Positions 24,310 to 36,633 are shown, counted from the first letter of the stretch. The stretch: 64,000 nt of DNA from Selaginella moellendorffii (GCF_000143415.4 NW_003314299.1:1100063-1164062), one strand, 5' to 3'. A program made the numbers and translations. Notes: generated from the letters alone by a model not told the origin.

Positions 24310-27220
24310 TTACCACGAGCCGGAACCAGAGCCCGTGCCTGTCCAGCCATTCATGTCCTGAAAATCCAGAGAAAAAAGCCAGTAAGACACCAGAGAAACT
24401 TAAAAACTTAAGAGACGGACTCTGAAAAGACCTGAGACGTGCCATAGGCACTGTAAGCTGCCTGGCCCTGTTGAGTGCCATATGCCGTGTAAGAACCATA
24501 GCCATAACCCTGGAGAAAAGAGCATCAAATGGAGTGGAAGCCTTACAGAAAATAAAAGAAAAAACACAAACCTGTTGAGCGTACGCATTCCACTGTGCTG
24601 TTTGTGGAGCTTGCTGTTGCTGCCAGTTTTGAGGATAGCTCTGGCCTCCGTAGGCCGCGGCCCACTGTTGCTGCCCGTACGCTTGCATTGCCGCGGGGGA
24701 GCTCTTTAAGAGCTTGGCTCGATCGCTGAAGCTGGCGTCGTGTGCCAGGCGCCTCTTAAAATCAATGTATGATTTCCGGAACGGGAACAGTCCTTCGTGA
24801 CGGTATTCCGCTTCCATGACAGCGTTGATGTCTCCAAATGCGTCTACAAACTGAAAAGCACGGTCTCGCAATCATCCGGAGTGGAAGTGGACACGTACCT
24901 CTAGATGTAAGCTTGAAAGTTCTTCGCGATCAGTGTGAGCTAAGCCTGTCTCGGCCTTGGTTGCCTGCTGGATTAGAGAGGACAGTTTATCCAGTTGTTT
25001 AACTTCGCTACGGTACTCGTTATAGATCGCCGCCTGCGACAGTAAGAAAAAGACGCTTTTAAACACAAAACAAATCCTTCATGAATTTCCATACCTCAAC
25101 AGCAATCTTTGTTAGAGGAATTTCCATGGCGGCTTCCAGAACTTCCTTAGCTTTGGACTTGCGATCAATCTGCGACATAACGAGGACGTTTTAGCTCGTG
25201 GTGCTTGAGATACAATGCATACCCGACAGAGGAAACGATTATACTGGACATATAGTAATGATAGAGTCTTAGACTCCTCCTTGGCTTTCTCTACTTCAAT
25301 TGCAGACTCAAAGACGCCACAAGCAGCGTCATTGTCTCCCTGAAAAAACAAAGTCTATTCTTCTTGTGATATAACAAATGAAAGAGCTTACCTCACGCAT
25401 TTCAAAATGAGCCGCCTTTACAATCGCGTCAAGATGGCCCGGGACGAGCTCCGTGCTTATGTATTTATAAGTTTTACGAGCAGCAGTAGCATCACCGGTG
25501 CGCTCTTGAAACCTGGCGGCAAAAATATGGACATCTGGTACTTTCTGTAATATAAAGTCATAAACCAAACCAAGGCGTATCTCAAACAAGACAGACCTTG
25601 ACAAATATATGGGTCGCCCGGTGCAATGCATCGTTTGCCATTTCCAGATTGTTCTGCTTTTCTAAATATTCGACATACCGAATCCAGTACTCGGGATAAT
25701 TTGCACAGGCAATTAGGCACCTCTCAAAAAGCTTCACAACCTGCAAAAAGTGTTGATGAGCAAAGAAAATTGAGACTAAGAGCAAAACAGACCTTCTGCA
25801 TGTCTGCTTCCTTCTCAACGAAATCCAGGTACTTGTGCCAGTTTGCAAGCTGCGCGTCGTCCAGAGACTTGACGTGAAAATATGGCCTGCGAATCGAGTT
25901 CTCGAAGTCCCTGATTTTAGCGTCCCATTCCTTTGTTTTCTTATAAATGGCCTCTTTCGCTGATATCAGCTTCTCAGACTCGTGCGCATTTCTGGGAAGT
26001 GTTTCCGCCAAATGCCGCTTCTCTTCTGTTCTCACATCTAACCAATGTCTGTTGTTTGTGAACTGCTTAAAACTGTAGCAAGAGAAAATAAATAGTTTAG
26101 TCGACTATCAGAAAACTCTTTTCTAAACGCACCTCATAAAATACCGGTCTAGTTGCTGCAGAGGAACTTCCAAAATTCGCGTGCGCACTTGCATGAGCAA
26201 GCTATAGTCTTGCCTGGCCAATGCGTAGTCTATAAATTTGTCCCACAAGATATGCGATAGGTAGTCCGTCCCAACCAAAGAAACTCCTCGCTCAAACAGC
26301 CTGCGAGGAAAAGGGAAAAAAAAAAGAGTCATGCTACTTTCAAGGAAGAGAAGTAAAGAACGTGACTTGACACAATCAGCATAGAAAGAAAAAAGTCATT
26401 TATAACATTACAAAGTTACCTTCCTTCAGAAACACACTACGCCCGTAGTGTCCCCTTGAACTCTTCGCAGCATCGTTTCTGTTCGTTCTATAGCTGATTA
26501 AACATCTAAACTACATAGGAAAGGAAAACAAAACCAAACCGTATCGCCAACATTCTGAGAAAAAAAATTCATTCCCGAGAGGGAAACGCTGCAGCAAGGA
26601 TTACCCGATCGTTAGAAGGAAGCCAAGCAGACAAAAGTCTGCCAAAAAGCACAGGAAAGCACGAAAACTCATGCATTAAAGGAACAAAAGCCATACCTGA
26701 TGACTTCTTCCGGTGGAAACTTCTCGGTCGCGTAGGCACAGTAGTGCACCCAAATGTCCACGGAATGAGCCACAGCCTTCACAGCTCGCTCGTAAACTTC
26801 GATGATCTTCTCTGGCGAGCCAAGCCGCAACTCAAAGTCAGCATACTTCTTCCAGTAACCATAGCAAAGAGGAAACTCCGCGAGGAAAGTATCGTAGCAA
26901 ACACGAATGCGATCAATCTCATCCTGGAGAGACCAACAAAAAATGAGAAAAGAGAGAGCAAAGCGAAAGTTACCACTTACATGCTTCTCGGTTTCTTGGA
27001 TAAGCTCCGTCCACGCATTAAAATCCGCTGGATTCGCCTTGACAACGCTCCAAAGCCGTTCCTCCGGAGTGATCACTGCCATAGCAAAAATTTACACTCC
27101 AATGCCGGAAACCATCTAAACTCTCTTACCAGGAACCTCCTCAGCCTTGGGCGCTTGCTCCTCCTCGATCACTTGCTCGCTGGCATTGGCCTCCGAGGAT
27201 TCTGGAGCTGGAGCTTCCAT
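24310..27220 (-). CDS. PRP39: Pre-mRNA processing factor 39 (U1 snRNP HAT-repeat protein), multi-exon
   Basis: [55 protein letters not shown] and a Q/Y/A-rich C-terminus. Confidence 0.93.
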
Positions 27221-27658
27221 CGCGAGACTCCACTCACTGGCAATGCCGAATCGAAACGGATGATCGGGCGCGGAGGAACGTACCGGAGAGCAAACCTGAG
27301 AGAAGCTGGAGCGCCCTAATTTCAAAAAAGCTGAGGGCCGTCCGTTTCCAAAGAGGCCAAATCCCAGCCGTCGGCTAGTTCGTTGGCGATTACGCGATCC
27401 TGGCCGTTGATGATTTCGCCACGTGGCGAGATTGCTTTCATGGCTGGGATTGCTTGGCGGGGCGCTGGACAGATAACGAGGAAGAGCTTTGGGGGTTATG
27501 CGCGATTTTGGAGTGAGCGCGCATTCTTTCTTTCCTCGGTAGAACCCTAGGTTTTCTTGGCGCTTGGCGATCGGCGCGCTGGCTACCGAGGAAATCGTCT
27601 CAGGTATGATTTGCATTGTGGCGCTGGAATCTCCAGCTGACGAGATTTCTAGCTCAGG

Positions 27659-29341
27659 ATGGATAAGAATGTCAGGCGCAATGTCGTCACGAATGAGATC
27701 ATTGAATTGGAGCATCTTCTGCTGGAAAGAGTGCGATGATATTTCGTTTCTTCTATCGATTCTTTGTTCTTTCGCTCATTTCTTTTTCCTTGAACGTTAT
27801 CTTTCCAGTTGCAATATCGAACCGAGCGATCGGGAATTGGACTCACGAATGTCTCGATGCTACCGGAGCAAGAGTTATGCCAGAATTTGCTCGTGGATGG
27901 AAAACCACAGGCTTTTGTTGGTAAGAACTTTGTTTATTGTGTTTGATGGCACGCTTTGTATGCCGCAGAGCTCTTCACTATCACAACCACCTTAAAAATC
28001 GATCCCACTCCCAAAGAAGATGAAGAGGCTGGAATTCTCAATCCCATTGCAGAAGCCCAGAAAACCGTGAGCTTCCTTGCTTAGAATTTACTCCAGCTTA
28101 ACGTATTCTCTTTTGCAGCTTAAACGAAAGGAAACTCTAAGCAGTCTCAGTGAGAATTTAGCAGCAGCAGAGCTTGCTTCCAGAATTGGTATTCCTCTCT
28201 TCCTCGTTATAAATAAGTAAGCATTGCGCAGATTTATGTTCTCCTAGATTCACCTTTTTTTCTTTGCAGAAGACCACGAGAAAGTTTTTGAAGCAAATTC
28301 TGGAACTGGGGAAATTTTTGAGAAGACTTGCTACTTTGAAAAATCCATTGAGTATTATTCTAGAAGCCTTGCTGCGGCGATAAAAACCAAAAATGACACT
28401 CAAAAGTCTCAGGTAACGATTTATCGTGCTACTACTTCACCCACTTTTGTGTTGTAGGCCAAGTTCAATCTTGGTAAAATTTACTGGAAGATGCATAATA
28501 GCACCAAAGCAATCGAGAACTATGAGGAGTGCTTGCAACTCGCAAGAACAATTAAATACGACAAGCGCGTTGTGCAAGCTGCTAAAGAGCTTTTGGAGGT
28601 AACAAAAGCAGCCATACGAAACTTGTGATTTATGTAGTTTGTGTGAAACAGATATATTGGCACTGCGCTGAGAGGTCTCGAGCGCTGCAAGACATTACAG
28701 GAAGCATCGAATACTTTGAAAAGGTAAGCGATGCGTGCTCATCGAATTTTCCGTGACATTCTGAACAGGCTATTATGATGGCGGAGGCTTGCGGAAATGA
28801 ATCAATGGGTGCTGAAGCCAAATACAACATTGGAATGTTGTATGCAAAGCTACGGAATCTGGAGAAGTCGCTAGACTATCAGACGAAATACCTCGAGTAT
28901 TCATCACAGGCTGGAAACAAGGTACAGATATTCCAGGATGAGGATAATGACGGTTTTTCTTTTTCTTTTCAGGCTGGTGAATGCAAAGCAAGGGCTTCCA
29001 TGGCTGAAGCTTTTGAAGTTTGCGGAGATGTTTTAACAGCAGTCAGCCATCTTGAGCTATACCTTGAAGCAGCTGAAGACGTTGATCTCACCACACAAGT
29101 ATAAAAGTAAACTCTCAATGCTAGTTACTCACATTTTCTAGCATTGCAGGCGAGGGGTCACTGCTTGCTGGGATTGCTCTACCAAAGACAACACGAACGC
29201 GACATGGCATTCGACCAGTTCCAGAGATACTTTGCTCTGGCTCGCATCATCAAAGAGCCCGACCTGTTGGATGTTGCGCGAGTCAACATTGGCATTGTTA
29301 AGGACGTTCACGAGTTGTATTTTGGTGCATCTGCGGGATAG
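27659..29341 (+). CDS. TTC29: TTC29-like flagellar/sperm tetratricopeptide repeat protein, multi-exon
   Basis: QELCQNLLVDGKPQAFV|ELF N-terminal motif, TPR repeats (AEAKYNIGMLY, GHCLLGLLY) and C-terminal LDVARVNIGI. Confidence 0.7.
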
Positions 29342-29492
29342 CTGTCTCTAACGAGCTCAAACGTAAGCATTCGCTATTTGCATCTTCTTTCTCGTACATA
29401 CTGATCGATTGCTGTCATACCGACAAGTTTTCCAGATCACTATGATCTAAAATCTTATTTAGACACCCGGGGAACTTTACGCTCCTGGAAGC

Positions 29493-29882
29493 TCAAGTTG
29501 GAACTTCACGAGGAACCTGGTACCCTGAGACAACAAAACAAAGTCGTTCTGATCGCGGAGGTGAGCAAGCAATCTTACCAGCGCAGGTGTAGTCGGGGGG
29601 AACATTAAAGTTGACGTTGCAGCGCTTGGGAATGGTGAGCGCGGTGGGGATGTCCACATTGTACTTCTGAGCGAGACTGCTCTGGACGCTATCGCACAGG
29701 CACTTGGGAGTGAACTTCTTGATGTTAGAACAGCAGGATGTAGATGGAGTCTTGGTAGCTCCACCCTTTTGCACGGCACTGAGGCAGGGCGCGAGCTGGA
29801 TCGTGTTGCAAGTCGCCCCTTCGCTCCTTGCGATCGCGGCTAGAACAAGAACAGCGAGAACGAGAGCTACAAACTTCTCCAT
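29493..29882 (-). CDS. Non-specific lipid transfer protein (8-Cys motif), with an intron before the last codons
   Basis: Signal peptide, C-C-CC-CxC-C-C pattern and C-terminal YTCAG|YQVP. Confidence 0.92.
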   Translation of the reverse strand: MEKFVALVLAVLVLAAIARSEGATCNTIQLAPCLSAVQKGGATKTPSTSCCSNIKKFTPKCLCDSVQSSLAQKYNVDIPTALTIPKRCNVNFNVPPDYTCAGKIACSPPRSERLCFVVSGYQVPREVPT

Positions 29883-30563
29883 TGCCAAAGGCTGGAAACA
29901 AAGTTACGGTGCCAAAGCTACTGCATAGAATTGTTCTCGGCCTCTTTGCTCTTGCTTACCTTGTTTGTCCCAGTGATCGAGCCATGGAATGGAAGAGTGG
30001 GGGTCTTTTTATACGTGCCTGGGGGATCTTGTGAGTGAGAATTACAGTGATTCCTTCTAGCACTCACGCATAAAGCTAGCTCCACTTCCGAAAGAAGTAT
30101 TCACACTTGTCACCTTGGACATAACACTCTGGTACATACATGTCTATTGTAGTATTCACACTCGTCACCTTTCTGGCACATATGTCTTTAACTGATCTTT
30201 ATATTAAATTAACATTTCTTTATATAAATGTCCAATAATTTGCTGAGGCATGACTGCTTTTGCAGACTTACTTCAATTCTTTAATTTTTTTCCTAGGAAC
30301 CTTGCTATTGCTCCATTTGGTTTGCCTGTGTCACTCTTTCTTATCAAACTGAAAAGATAAAAAACATTATAATGAATATTATTTATAAGTTAAGAACTCA
30401 ATCCTTCTTCCAGAAGAGCCACACTTGAAACATTGATCTGCAATAGTGATGCAATTGCCCACAATTGGATGTTGTTGATCCAATCCCAGGGAGAATATAA
30501 ATTCGCCGAAAGTATAAACATGTTTATAGCAGAGGATGAGCATATCTAAAGACTATCACAGCT

Positions 30564-32375
30564 TTAACACGAATTAGATTTATACATATTTGCGAGCAAG
30601 AGGTAAGAGCCAGAATGTTTTGGTTCCAAGTCAATCGCGTTTTGGGCCGCCCGTGTACCTCTATCCACATCGCAGTACATCCTACTAGCACTCGACACCG
30701 ACTTCCACACCACATAGTTTGGAAGAAACGGCATATACCTCGCAAGCTCCTCGGCCTCGCCCAGCCTCCCAAGCCTGGCCAGAATGTCCACCATGCACGC
30801 AAAATGTCCACGCTCCGCCCTCACATTATGGTCCGAAACCATCGACGCGAAATAGCGCCAGCTCGTCTCCGCCATTCCGAGGTGGCTGCACGCCACCAGC
30901 ACGTTGGTGAAGGTGACACCGTCGGATGGGATTCCGTGGAGCACCATCTGGTGGAAATTCCGCAACGCAACCGTCCCCTGGCCATTCCGCGCGTACGAGG
31001 AGACGAGCGCGTTCCAGGCCACGGAGGAGCTCTTGTCGGGGAGGCGGCCGAAGAGATTCTCGGCGTCTTGGGCGTGGCCGTTTAGCGCGCTGGCGGTGAG
31101 GATCGCGTTCCAGGAGAAGGAGTTCTTGGCGGGCATGGCGTGGAAGATGTTGCGCGCCTCGCCCAGATCCCCGGCCTCGGCCGTGGCCGAGAGGAGGATG
31201 TTCCAGGCGATCACGTCCCAGGCGGGCATTCGATCGAAGCAAGCTCTCGCGGCAGTGACGGGCTTGTGCTCGGCGATCCCGGCAGCAAGATTGTTCCAGG
31301 AGGAGACGTCCCTCGCGGGCATCGCATCGAACACTGCCTTGGATCCGTCGAAGCAACCGCTGTGGAGGTGGGCGGCGATCATCGCGTTCCAGGAGCACAG
31401 ACTCTTGTCTTCTTCCGGGAGGGATTTGAAGAGACTCACTGCCTCGTCCAAATGCCCTTTTTGGGCATTTGCGGTGATCATCGCGTTCCAAGAGATTACA
31501 TTCCATCCAGGCATCCGTGTGAAGAGCTCTCTTGCAAAGATCAAACTAGAAGACACTGTGCTTGCTGTGATCATACATGTCCAAGAGATCACGCTGCGTA
31601 GCTCCATCCGATCGAACAAGACCTTCGCCTCTTCCAAATTCCCAAACCGGGCAAATCCCGAAAGAAGAGCGTTGAACGAGGCGGGATCCCAGCGCGGCAT
31701 CAATCCAAACGCGCATTGCGCGAGTGGAAAGTTTCCATTCTCCACATACGCAGTGACAATCGCATTCCAGGACACGGAGTTCTTCTCGGGCATTCGATCG
31801 AAGAGCGCGCGAGCGCCGGAAAGATCCCAGGACTGGGCGAGTGCCGCGAGAGCGTCTGTCCAGGAAACAACATCAAACTGCGGCATCCTATCCAGCAGCG
31901 CGAGCGCGTTCTGGATCAAACCCCGGTGATTGTACCCCAGCAGGAGCGAGTTCCAGGAGAGTATGCATCGCTCCGGCGCGCGATCGAAGAGAGCTTTGGC
32001 CTCCTCCGTCCTCCCGGACGATCCTGATCTCGCCCAAGACCCAAGAACAGTGTTGATCGAGACGACGCTCCAGCCGGGAGAGCGATCGAACACCTTCCAC
32101 ACGATCTCGCAGCCCCTGGCGGCAAATGCCGCGGCGAAGATGTTCCAGGAGACGAGATTTCGATCGGGCATGACATCGAAAAGTGCCTTGGCGTCGTCCG
32201 AGGCGCCGCATCGTGCGTACAAATGGAGGAGGAGATTGCCGAGGAAGAGATCGCCCTCCAAGCGATGCTCCCGGACAAGGCGATGGATCCTCCGGCCCTG
32301 CTGGAGATCCTTGGCGGCGGCGCAGCTCCTCAAGCGCGCCGCCAATTCATTCATAAATTGAAGAATATACCACAA
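30564..32375 (-). CDS. PLS-class pentatricopeptide repeat protein with E domain (no DYW), intronless
   Basis: Repeated FDRMP..VSWN motifs, FTNVLVACSHLG, HFACMVDILARLGRL and SYLLLANMY. Confidence 0.95.
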   Translation of the reverse strand: MWYILQFMNELAARLRSCAAAKDLQQGRRIHRLVREHRLEGDLFLGNLLLHLYARCGASDDAKALFDVMPDRNLVSWNIFAAAFAARGCEIVWKVFDRSPGWSVVSINTVLGSWARSGSSGRTEEAKALFDRAPERCILSWNSLLLGYNHRGLIQNALALLDRMPQFDVVSWTDALAALAQSWDLSGARALFDRMPEKNSVSWNAIVTAYVENGNFPLAQCAFGLMPRWDPASFNALLSGFARFGNLEEAKVLFDRMELRSVISWTCMITASTVSSSLIFARELFTRMPGWNVISWNAMITANAQKGHLDEAVSLFKSLPEEDKSLCSWNAMIAAHLHSGCFDGSKAVFDAMPARDVSSWNNLAAGIAEHKPVTAARACFDRMPAWDVIAWNILLSATAEAGDLGEARNIFHAMPAKNSFSWNAILTASALNGHAQDAENLFGRLPDKSSSVAWNALVSSYARNGQGTVALRNFHQMVLHGIPSDGVTFTNVLVACSHLGMAETSWRYFASMVSDHNVRAERGHFACMVDILARLGRLGEAEELARYMPFLPNYVVWKSVSSASRMYCDVDRGTRAAQNAIDLEPKHSGSYLLLANMYKSNSC

Positions 32376-32736
32376 TAGACAAATATACTACAATGATCTT
32401 AAAGAATATTCTATGTTATTTTTTACATTTATAATGTAACGAATATGCCACAATGGTGCTTAAGAATATACCGCAATGGTTATGCATGCCACCATGGTGA
32501 ATAGCGGATGTATCCTAGCTAGATGACGTAGAAAAATTGACGCCATGGTCGTCTAGTTTGTTACATTGCGGTAAAATATGTATTTATGATACACGGTCGA
32601 ATCTTGCAGTTCCAGTTCCAGCCAGTCTGGAGCATTCACATCGCCGCCGCACTGGCCGAGATAATATACCACCACGATGCCACCGCGCGCTGGAGGATAT
32701 ACCAAAGAATGTGTTCCTCGTTTGTTCTTCTTCGTT

Positions 32737-33893
32737 CTAGCATTCCTGGCGCACAGTGGATGCCACAGCCCTAGCCCAGAACTTGAGATGCGCCTTCATG
32801 TCCTCCACGCCCTGCCGGTTTGGATCCGGCATTCGCAGGTTGAGGAGCGGCGAATCGGGCCTCCGGATGCTCCAGGCGTGGGATGGATAGATCCGCTCGC
32901 GCCGGGGCGATGATCTGGCTGTGCTCGTCGCCAGGCTCACCACTCGCCGGGGCATGAGATCTCCCTCCCTGGGCTTGAAGCCCAGATCTCGCAACCCGCG
33001 GACCTCGTCGAATTCCAGCTCGCTCCAGCTCCGCGTGGTCTTGCTGCGCTGCGATGATCGCCGCCGCCGGCGCGGGTTTGGCGGAGACGCGGCGGTGGCG
33101 GCGATGGCGGCGGGCGAAGATTCGGAGCGCTCGAGCCCTTGGATTGTGGGCTCGTCGGCGACGAACAATGCCGATGCCGACGGGATCGTTTCCAGCTTCC
33201 GCGTCGTGAATTCGTCCTCCTGGATGGATCGATCAAAACAGACGAAACGAATCGATCAGTGCCTCTCCGGCGAGAAGAAAAAAACTTTTTTTTTTTGTGG
33301 AGATGCTTCGTGCAAGAGCCTCCAGCCAGGAATTGGGACAAAAAAATCGTGAATCGAGGAAACGAGTAAGAGTTTCTTATCGAAACGATCAATGCTGGGC
33401 AAAACCAAAGAGCCAAGAACACAAGCAACAAAAGGGGGGGAGCAAACAAACAAAGGAAGAAGAACTTCTTTCTTACCTCGTCAAGAACAACCACCCCTCC
33501 TCCATCCGAGACGCACTCCGGAGAGATCGCGCCTCCGCATTGATCCTCCTCTAGAGACTCATCCTTAAGAAGCTTGAATCCAGCGCCAGGGAGGTCGCCC
33601 GTGCTGAAAACCTTGCCAGTCTCTCGCAACGGCCGAATCACCGCCTCCATCTCCACGGACTGGATTTCTGGGGGAATCCACGATCTCTTGTTCTTCTTGT
33701 CCAGGGATTCCGGGGACTGCCAGCACTGATCCCACGACCAGCAGCAGCTCGATCGGATCCAGTCGCCCAACGGGAAGCTGAAAGCATTGTCGTGGAACCA
33801 CATCCGATCTAGCTCCGCGAGCAGCCATTGGAAATCGGTGAACTCCTTGCCGTGATCCTTGCTGTTCTTGCTAGTCGGTGGCGTGTCAATCAT
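32737..33893 (-). CDS. DUF1685 family protein (2 exons; intron 33220-33476)
   Basis: LDRMWFHDN N-terminal motif, RSWSELEFDEVRGLRDLGF and DMKAHLKFWARAVASTVR. Confidence 0.85.
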
Positions 33894-35141
33894 CTCTAGC
33901 TCCCCGATCTCTCGCAACGAGCTATTTCTCCTCCCGATCGATCGATCTGTGCGCGAAATTCCAAGATCCACGCGCTCGCTCGGTTCGCGACCTAGCACCC
34001 AATGCCGCCCACTGCCCGACCTCGCTCGACCGCCATAGCCAAGGCTGGATAGAGGAAGAAAGAATCAAAAGAAAAGGAAGAAAGAGAAAGAAAGCGTCCA
34101 GTGCCGAGGAAGAGAAGAAGCAAGCCCAAACTTTCTAGGAGAAGCCACACACACACAAAGACAAAGGGATTTTCCAAGCGTCCCAACACGCGATCGCGAT
34201 GAACTATTTCAACACGTTGCTGCTAAACCCTAAATGCCAGATCGATCGATCTCACATCTTCCTTCCAGCGAAAGAGAAATAAACGCCGAGCAAACGCCTT
34301 GATCGCGCTCACTGCGCCATGGAAGACCTGGACCCAGCCAAGCAACGCCAGGCCCACAGCCGTCGGATCCACACCATCCAACGGCCCTCTCTCGAACAGC
34401 TCAGCAACGCTCGGTCAAACAAACCACGTCAGCGCCAGCCTGGCCGTGACGTGGTGTAAGCGCCGCCTTCTACACAGCGGCGGCGCTCGGTGGGCGTACA
34501 GTGGCGCCGCTTCCACTCCGCCGCGTGATTGTGACATCGTAGCGCCCGCGTGGCTGACGACGGCCGTGATTTGTGCCAATGCCTGGAAAGGTGGCGGGCA
34601 AATCTCGTTGAGATCCAATGGCAGAGGACAGCTTGGACTCGACATCCAACGGCTGGCGTTCAAATTTTTGCGTATCCAAGGGGTATATATCTCGGTAGCT
34701 ACGCTATATACGACAAGCACTATAAAACAAACAAAGCGAGCTCGTCTGCCCATACAAGTGGGAGAAAAAACATGGCTTTTTTTTTTCCACATATGATGTT
34801 ATGTTTGTTGTGGGCATACAAATCTTTCCCTAGAAAATGGTGGCTACTTTGGACCCCAAAGTCTTGCTAACATTTTTTTCTCATGGAACTTATGATCGTA
34901 GAGAATCCATGGAGCTCCAATAATTTACAAGTCAACTGTTCTTCCTGCTGCTAAAAGGAAAAAGTGTTTTTAAGATGCTAGAAAAAAAAAGTAAAAAGAA
35001 AAAGAGCTTTTCCCCCCATTTTTCCTTCTTCCTGTATGCGTCGATCGACAAATCTATACAAGAGAGTTTGCAGGACGCCCACCTTTTAACCCAGCCTATA
35101 CATTGTTCAGTAGCAAATACGTAGAGCGTTGTTACAGTAAG

Positions 35142-36344
35142 CTACACAGTTACAGCCACCACTTCTCGTCCCATGGCCGCCACTGCCTTCATTGCTGGGA
35201 GAAACAAGAGGAAAACTTCAGCATCAAACTCAAAAAATTGAGAGAACGTACGTTTTTTCGTCCTGGTAGCTGCGAGCGCGACATCAGCAGCCGCTTGTTT
35301 CATCTCGAGGTCTTGATCCGCGAGCTCCGACTCTCTCGCGGCTTGCTCCGCCGCTAGAGCAGCCTGCTCGGCGGCAGCCACAGCCAGAGCCGCGACTCTG
35401 GCAGCCTCTTCGGCGGTTTTCCTTCTTTCCAAAGCGTCGGGGTCTAGCTTCGTTCGTTTGGCAATGGAGTCGGTTCTCAGCTTCCGTGTGATGTCCCTCG
35501 AGAAAGTCGGCTGTTTGTCATCTTGGTTGTTCCGAAGCCTTTGGAATTTGGCCCTTCCATCAGATGGAAATTCGTCATTAATCTTATAATTCTGATGCAC
35601 CTGTTACTCAACTCATGGCCCCGTACTTTTAGGATAAGATACAAACTTAGAAGTTATAAGCACAAGCATACAGCGGCATACCTTGATTAGCTTTCCCTCG
35701 AGCACCATCGACTTTAGCTTGGAAACCACGAGCTTTTTGAAACTCGGGGGTACAGACTGCCGCTCCTACATTACACAGCAGCCACAAAGCTCAAGATCAG
35801 GACACAAGAAAGAAAAAGATTGCAAACCTCTATATACTCCGCGATATCAGTTATGCTGGAACCATTTGGTTCTTTCAATGCCGAGAGCGCACCAAGTATA
35901 AGATTATCATACCTGACAAGAGGGAGTAACTCACGGCACTGGTAAGCTAGGAGCCAGAATAAACTCACTTGGTACCAAGCATCTTTTTTTCCGAGTCGGG
36001 AACGGGAGATAGCTCCTCCTTATCCGAGCCATCCTGGGACTTCGCTCGCCGTCCCCCGGTTTTTTGACCAGCGCCTTTGCCTCTATTTCTGTTGCCATTG
36101 TTCGTGGCACTTATGTTTCTCCATTTATCCTGTAGAACCCAAGCCAAAGAGTTAGAAGTTTCAAGGCAGATCTCTCGAAACTCCAAACCTTCAAGTCTAC
36201 GTTCGATCGGGACACGAGGACTGGCCCGAATTCCTCGTCCTTTTGAATCGCTCGCCATTTCCCAGCTCCATACTTCTCGACCCCAGCTCGAAGCGCGGCC
36301 TCCTCCTCAGCAGTCCACTTCTGCTTTTGTTGTCCCACGGTCAT
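35142..36344 (-). CDS. TRB: Telomere repeat-binding factor / single-Myb-histone protein, multi-exon
   Basis: Myb domain [38 protein letters not shown]1 domain [19 protein letters not shown] and coiled coil [17 protein letters not shown]. Confidence 0.93.
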
Positions 36345-36426
36345 GTTCCTGCGGTACTCCGAGTTAGAGATCACAGCCTGGGACGCACGAAATCGCGCGA
36401 ATTTTGCGAGAATTTCTAGAGCTGCT

Positions 36427-36633
36427 AAACCCTAGATGAAACTGAAGTACCTGGCGCGTTCAGCTGCTCGCGAAGCCGGTGAAGAACCCTAACCCTAACC
36501 TCTGCACAGACCTAATGCAGCAGAGGGAAAGCATGGAGAAGGAAAAACCATCGATCGCAGCGCGCAGAAAGCTTCCCGCGCTGGAGCTAGCACCTAGACG
36601 CCAGGAGAGCGAGAAGAAGAGCCCTAAACCTAA
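36427..36633. promoter_or_regulatory. Telo-box cluster in the TRB 5' leader
   Basis: AAACCCTAG (36427), AACCCTAACCCTAACC (36485) and CCCTAAACCTAA (36622). Confidence 0.55.

Noticed and set aside
30615-32361. 341-aa and other antisense ORFs over the PPR gene
   Set aside because: Antisense mirror of the repetitive PPR coding sequence.
32937-33998. 353-aa ORF as a single-exon protein
   Set aside because: It reads through the 33220-33476 intron; the spliced DUF1685 model explains it.
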